In this document: one piece after another, positions 63,633 to 64,000 of the stretch
Numbering within the stretch: the stretch's first letter is position 1
How the letters are laid out: each line of letters opens with the position of its first letter
Source of the DNA: Diplonema japonicum
Lineage: Eukaryota > Protista > Euglenozoa: Diplonemea
Direction of reading: 5' to 3'
DNA: 64,000 bases
Assembly: GCA_964019335.1 (NCBI GenBank)
Contig: OZ025751.1
Location: 1 to 64,000, forward strand
The notes under the pieces: generated by a model
Databases searched by the model: none
What the model saw: only the letters and a program-made list of their open reading frames with translations
Told to the model about the DNA's origin: nothing
Program-made: the position numbers and the translations under genes

Positions 63633-63935
63633 TCAGTAAGACCCATCGAAAAGGAAGTGTATCCTCAAACCCTTTTAAAAGGTCGGTTCTAGTAGCTGGT
63701 AAAAATTTTATCATCATCTGATGGAAAAAAGCACTTTACGATTTTCTCTGTATCCCGCAGCAATCTCGCAGGACTATCTGACCCTTGCCGCAATTTTTGT
63801 GCGAAAGGGGACACATGGCATGCTGAAAGGGAAGTACACCAACAGCCAACATCAGTAAGACCCATCGAAAAGGAAGTGTATCCTCAAACCCTTTTAAAAG
63901 GTCGGTTCTAGTAGCTGGTAAATGTGAGTCATCAT
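63633..63935 (-). ncRNA. snoRNA cluster: two C/D copies (63633-63717, 63852-63935) and one candidate AGA-box RNA (63761-63825)
   Basis: Same boxes and guides; the 63852 copy has a terminal stem CCAACA/TGTTGG. Confidence 0.85.
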
Positions 63936-64000
63936 ATTGTTGGGCTTGTAAACACCACGGGGCAGGGAGGGAGGGATAAGAGATCAAAAAAAGGGCATTG

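Overview
Eukaryotic DNA, most likely a diplonemid (Euglenozoa). The evidence is a perfect 39-nt diplonemid-type spliced-leader (SL) exon, euglenozoan-type ATP synthase subunit c, and all ~33 supportable genes lying on the minus strand as one directional, probably polycistronic cluster with homopolymer-rich spacers. The left ~23 kb is an accessory region. It holds secreted GC3-rich genes (Cys-repeat protein, AA10 LPMO-CBM1, GH18 chitinase-CBM1, two tyrosinases, two proteins sharing an unnamed Cys domain), a decayed SL-joined OTU/zinc-finger/RT retroelement, fold-back/MITE remnants and a snoRNA cluster. The right ~41 kb is mostly housekeeping: TMEM165/GDT1, PPR-like protein, PEX3-like protein, acyl-CoA dehydrogenase-SKL, MDR dehydrogenase-ARM, five ATP9 copies, an RRM protein, a Bacteroidetes-type PurM, and five copies of a small K/E/A-rich protein interleaved with more snoRNA copies. 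The stand-out candidates are: (1) a membrane adenylate cyclase fused to cytochrome b5, a globin and an FAD/NAD(P)H reductase; (2) a single-chain Dug3-Dug2 (GATase II-WD40-M20) glutathione-degradation fusion; (3) tiny GT-AG introns built on poly(A) rather than polypyrimidine tracts, all close to stop codons; (4) nine copies of a double-guide C/D snoRNA. All calls come from reading motifs by eye; no database searches were run.
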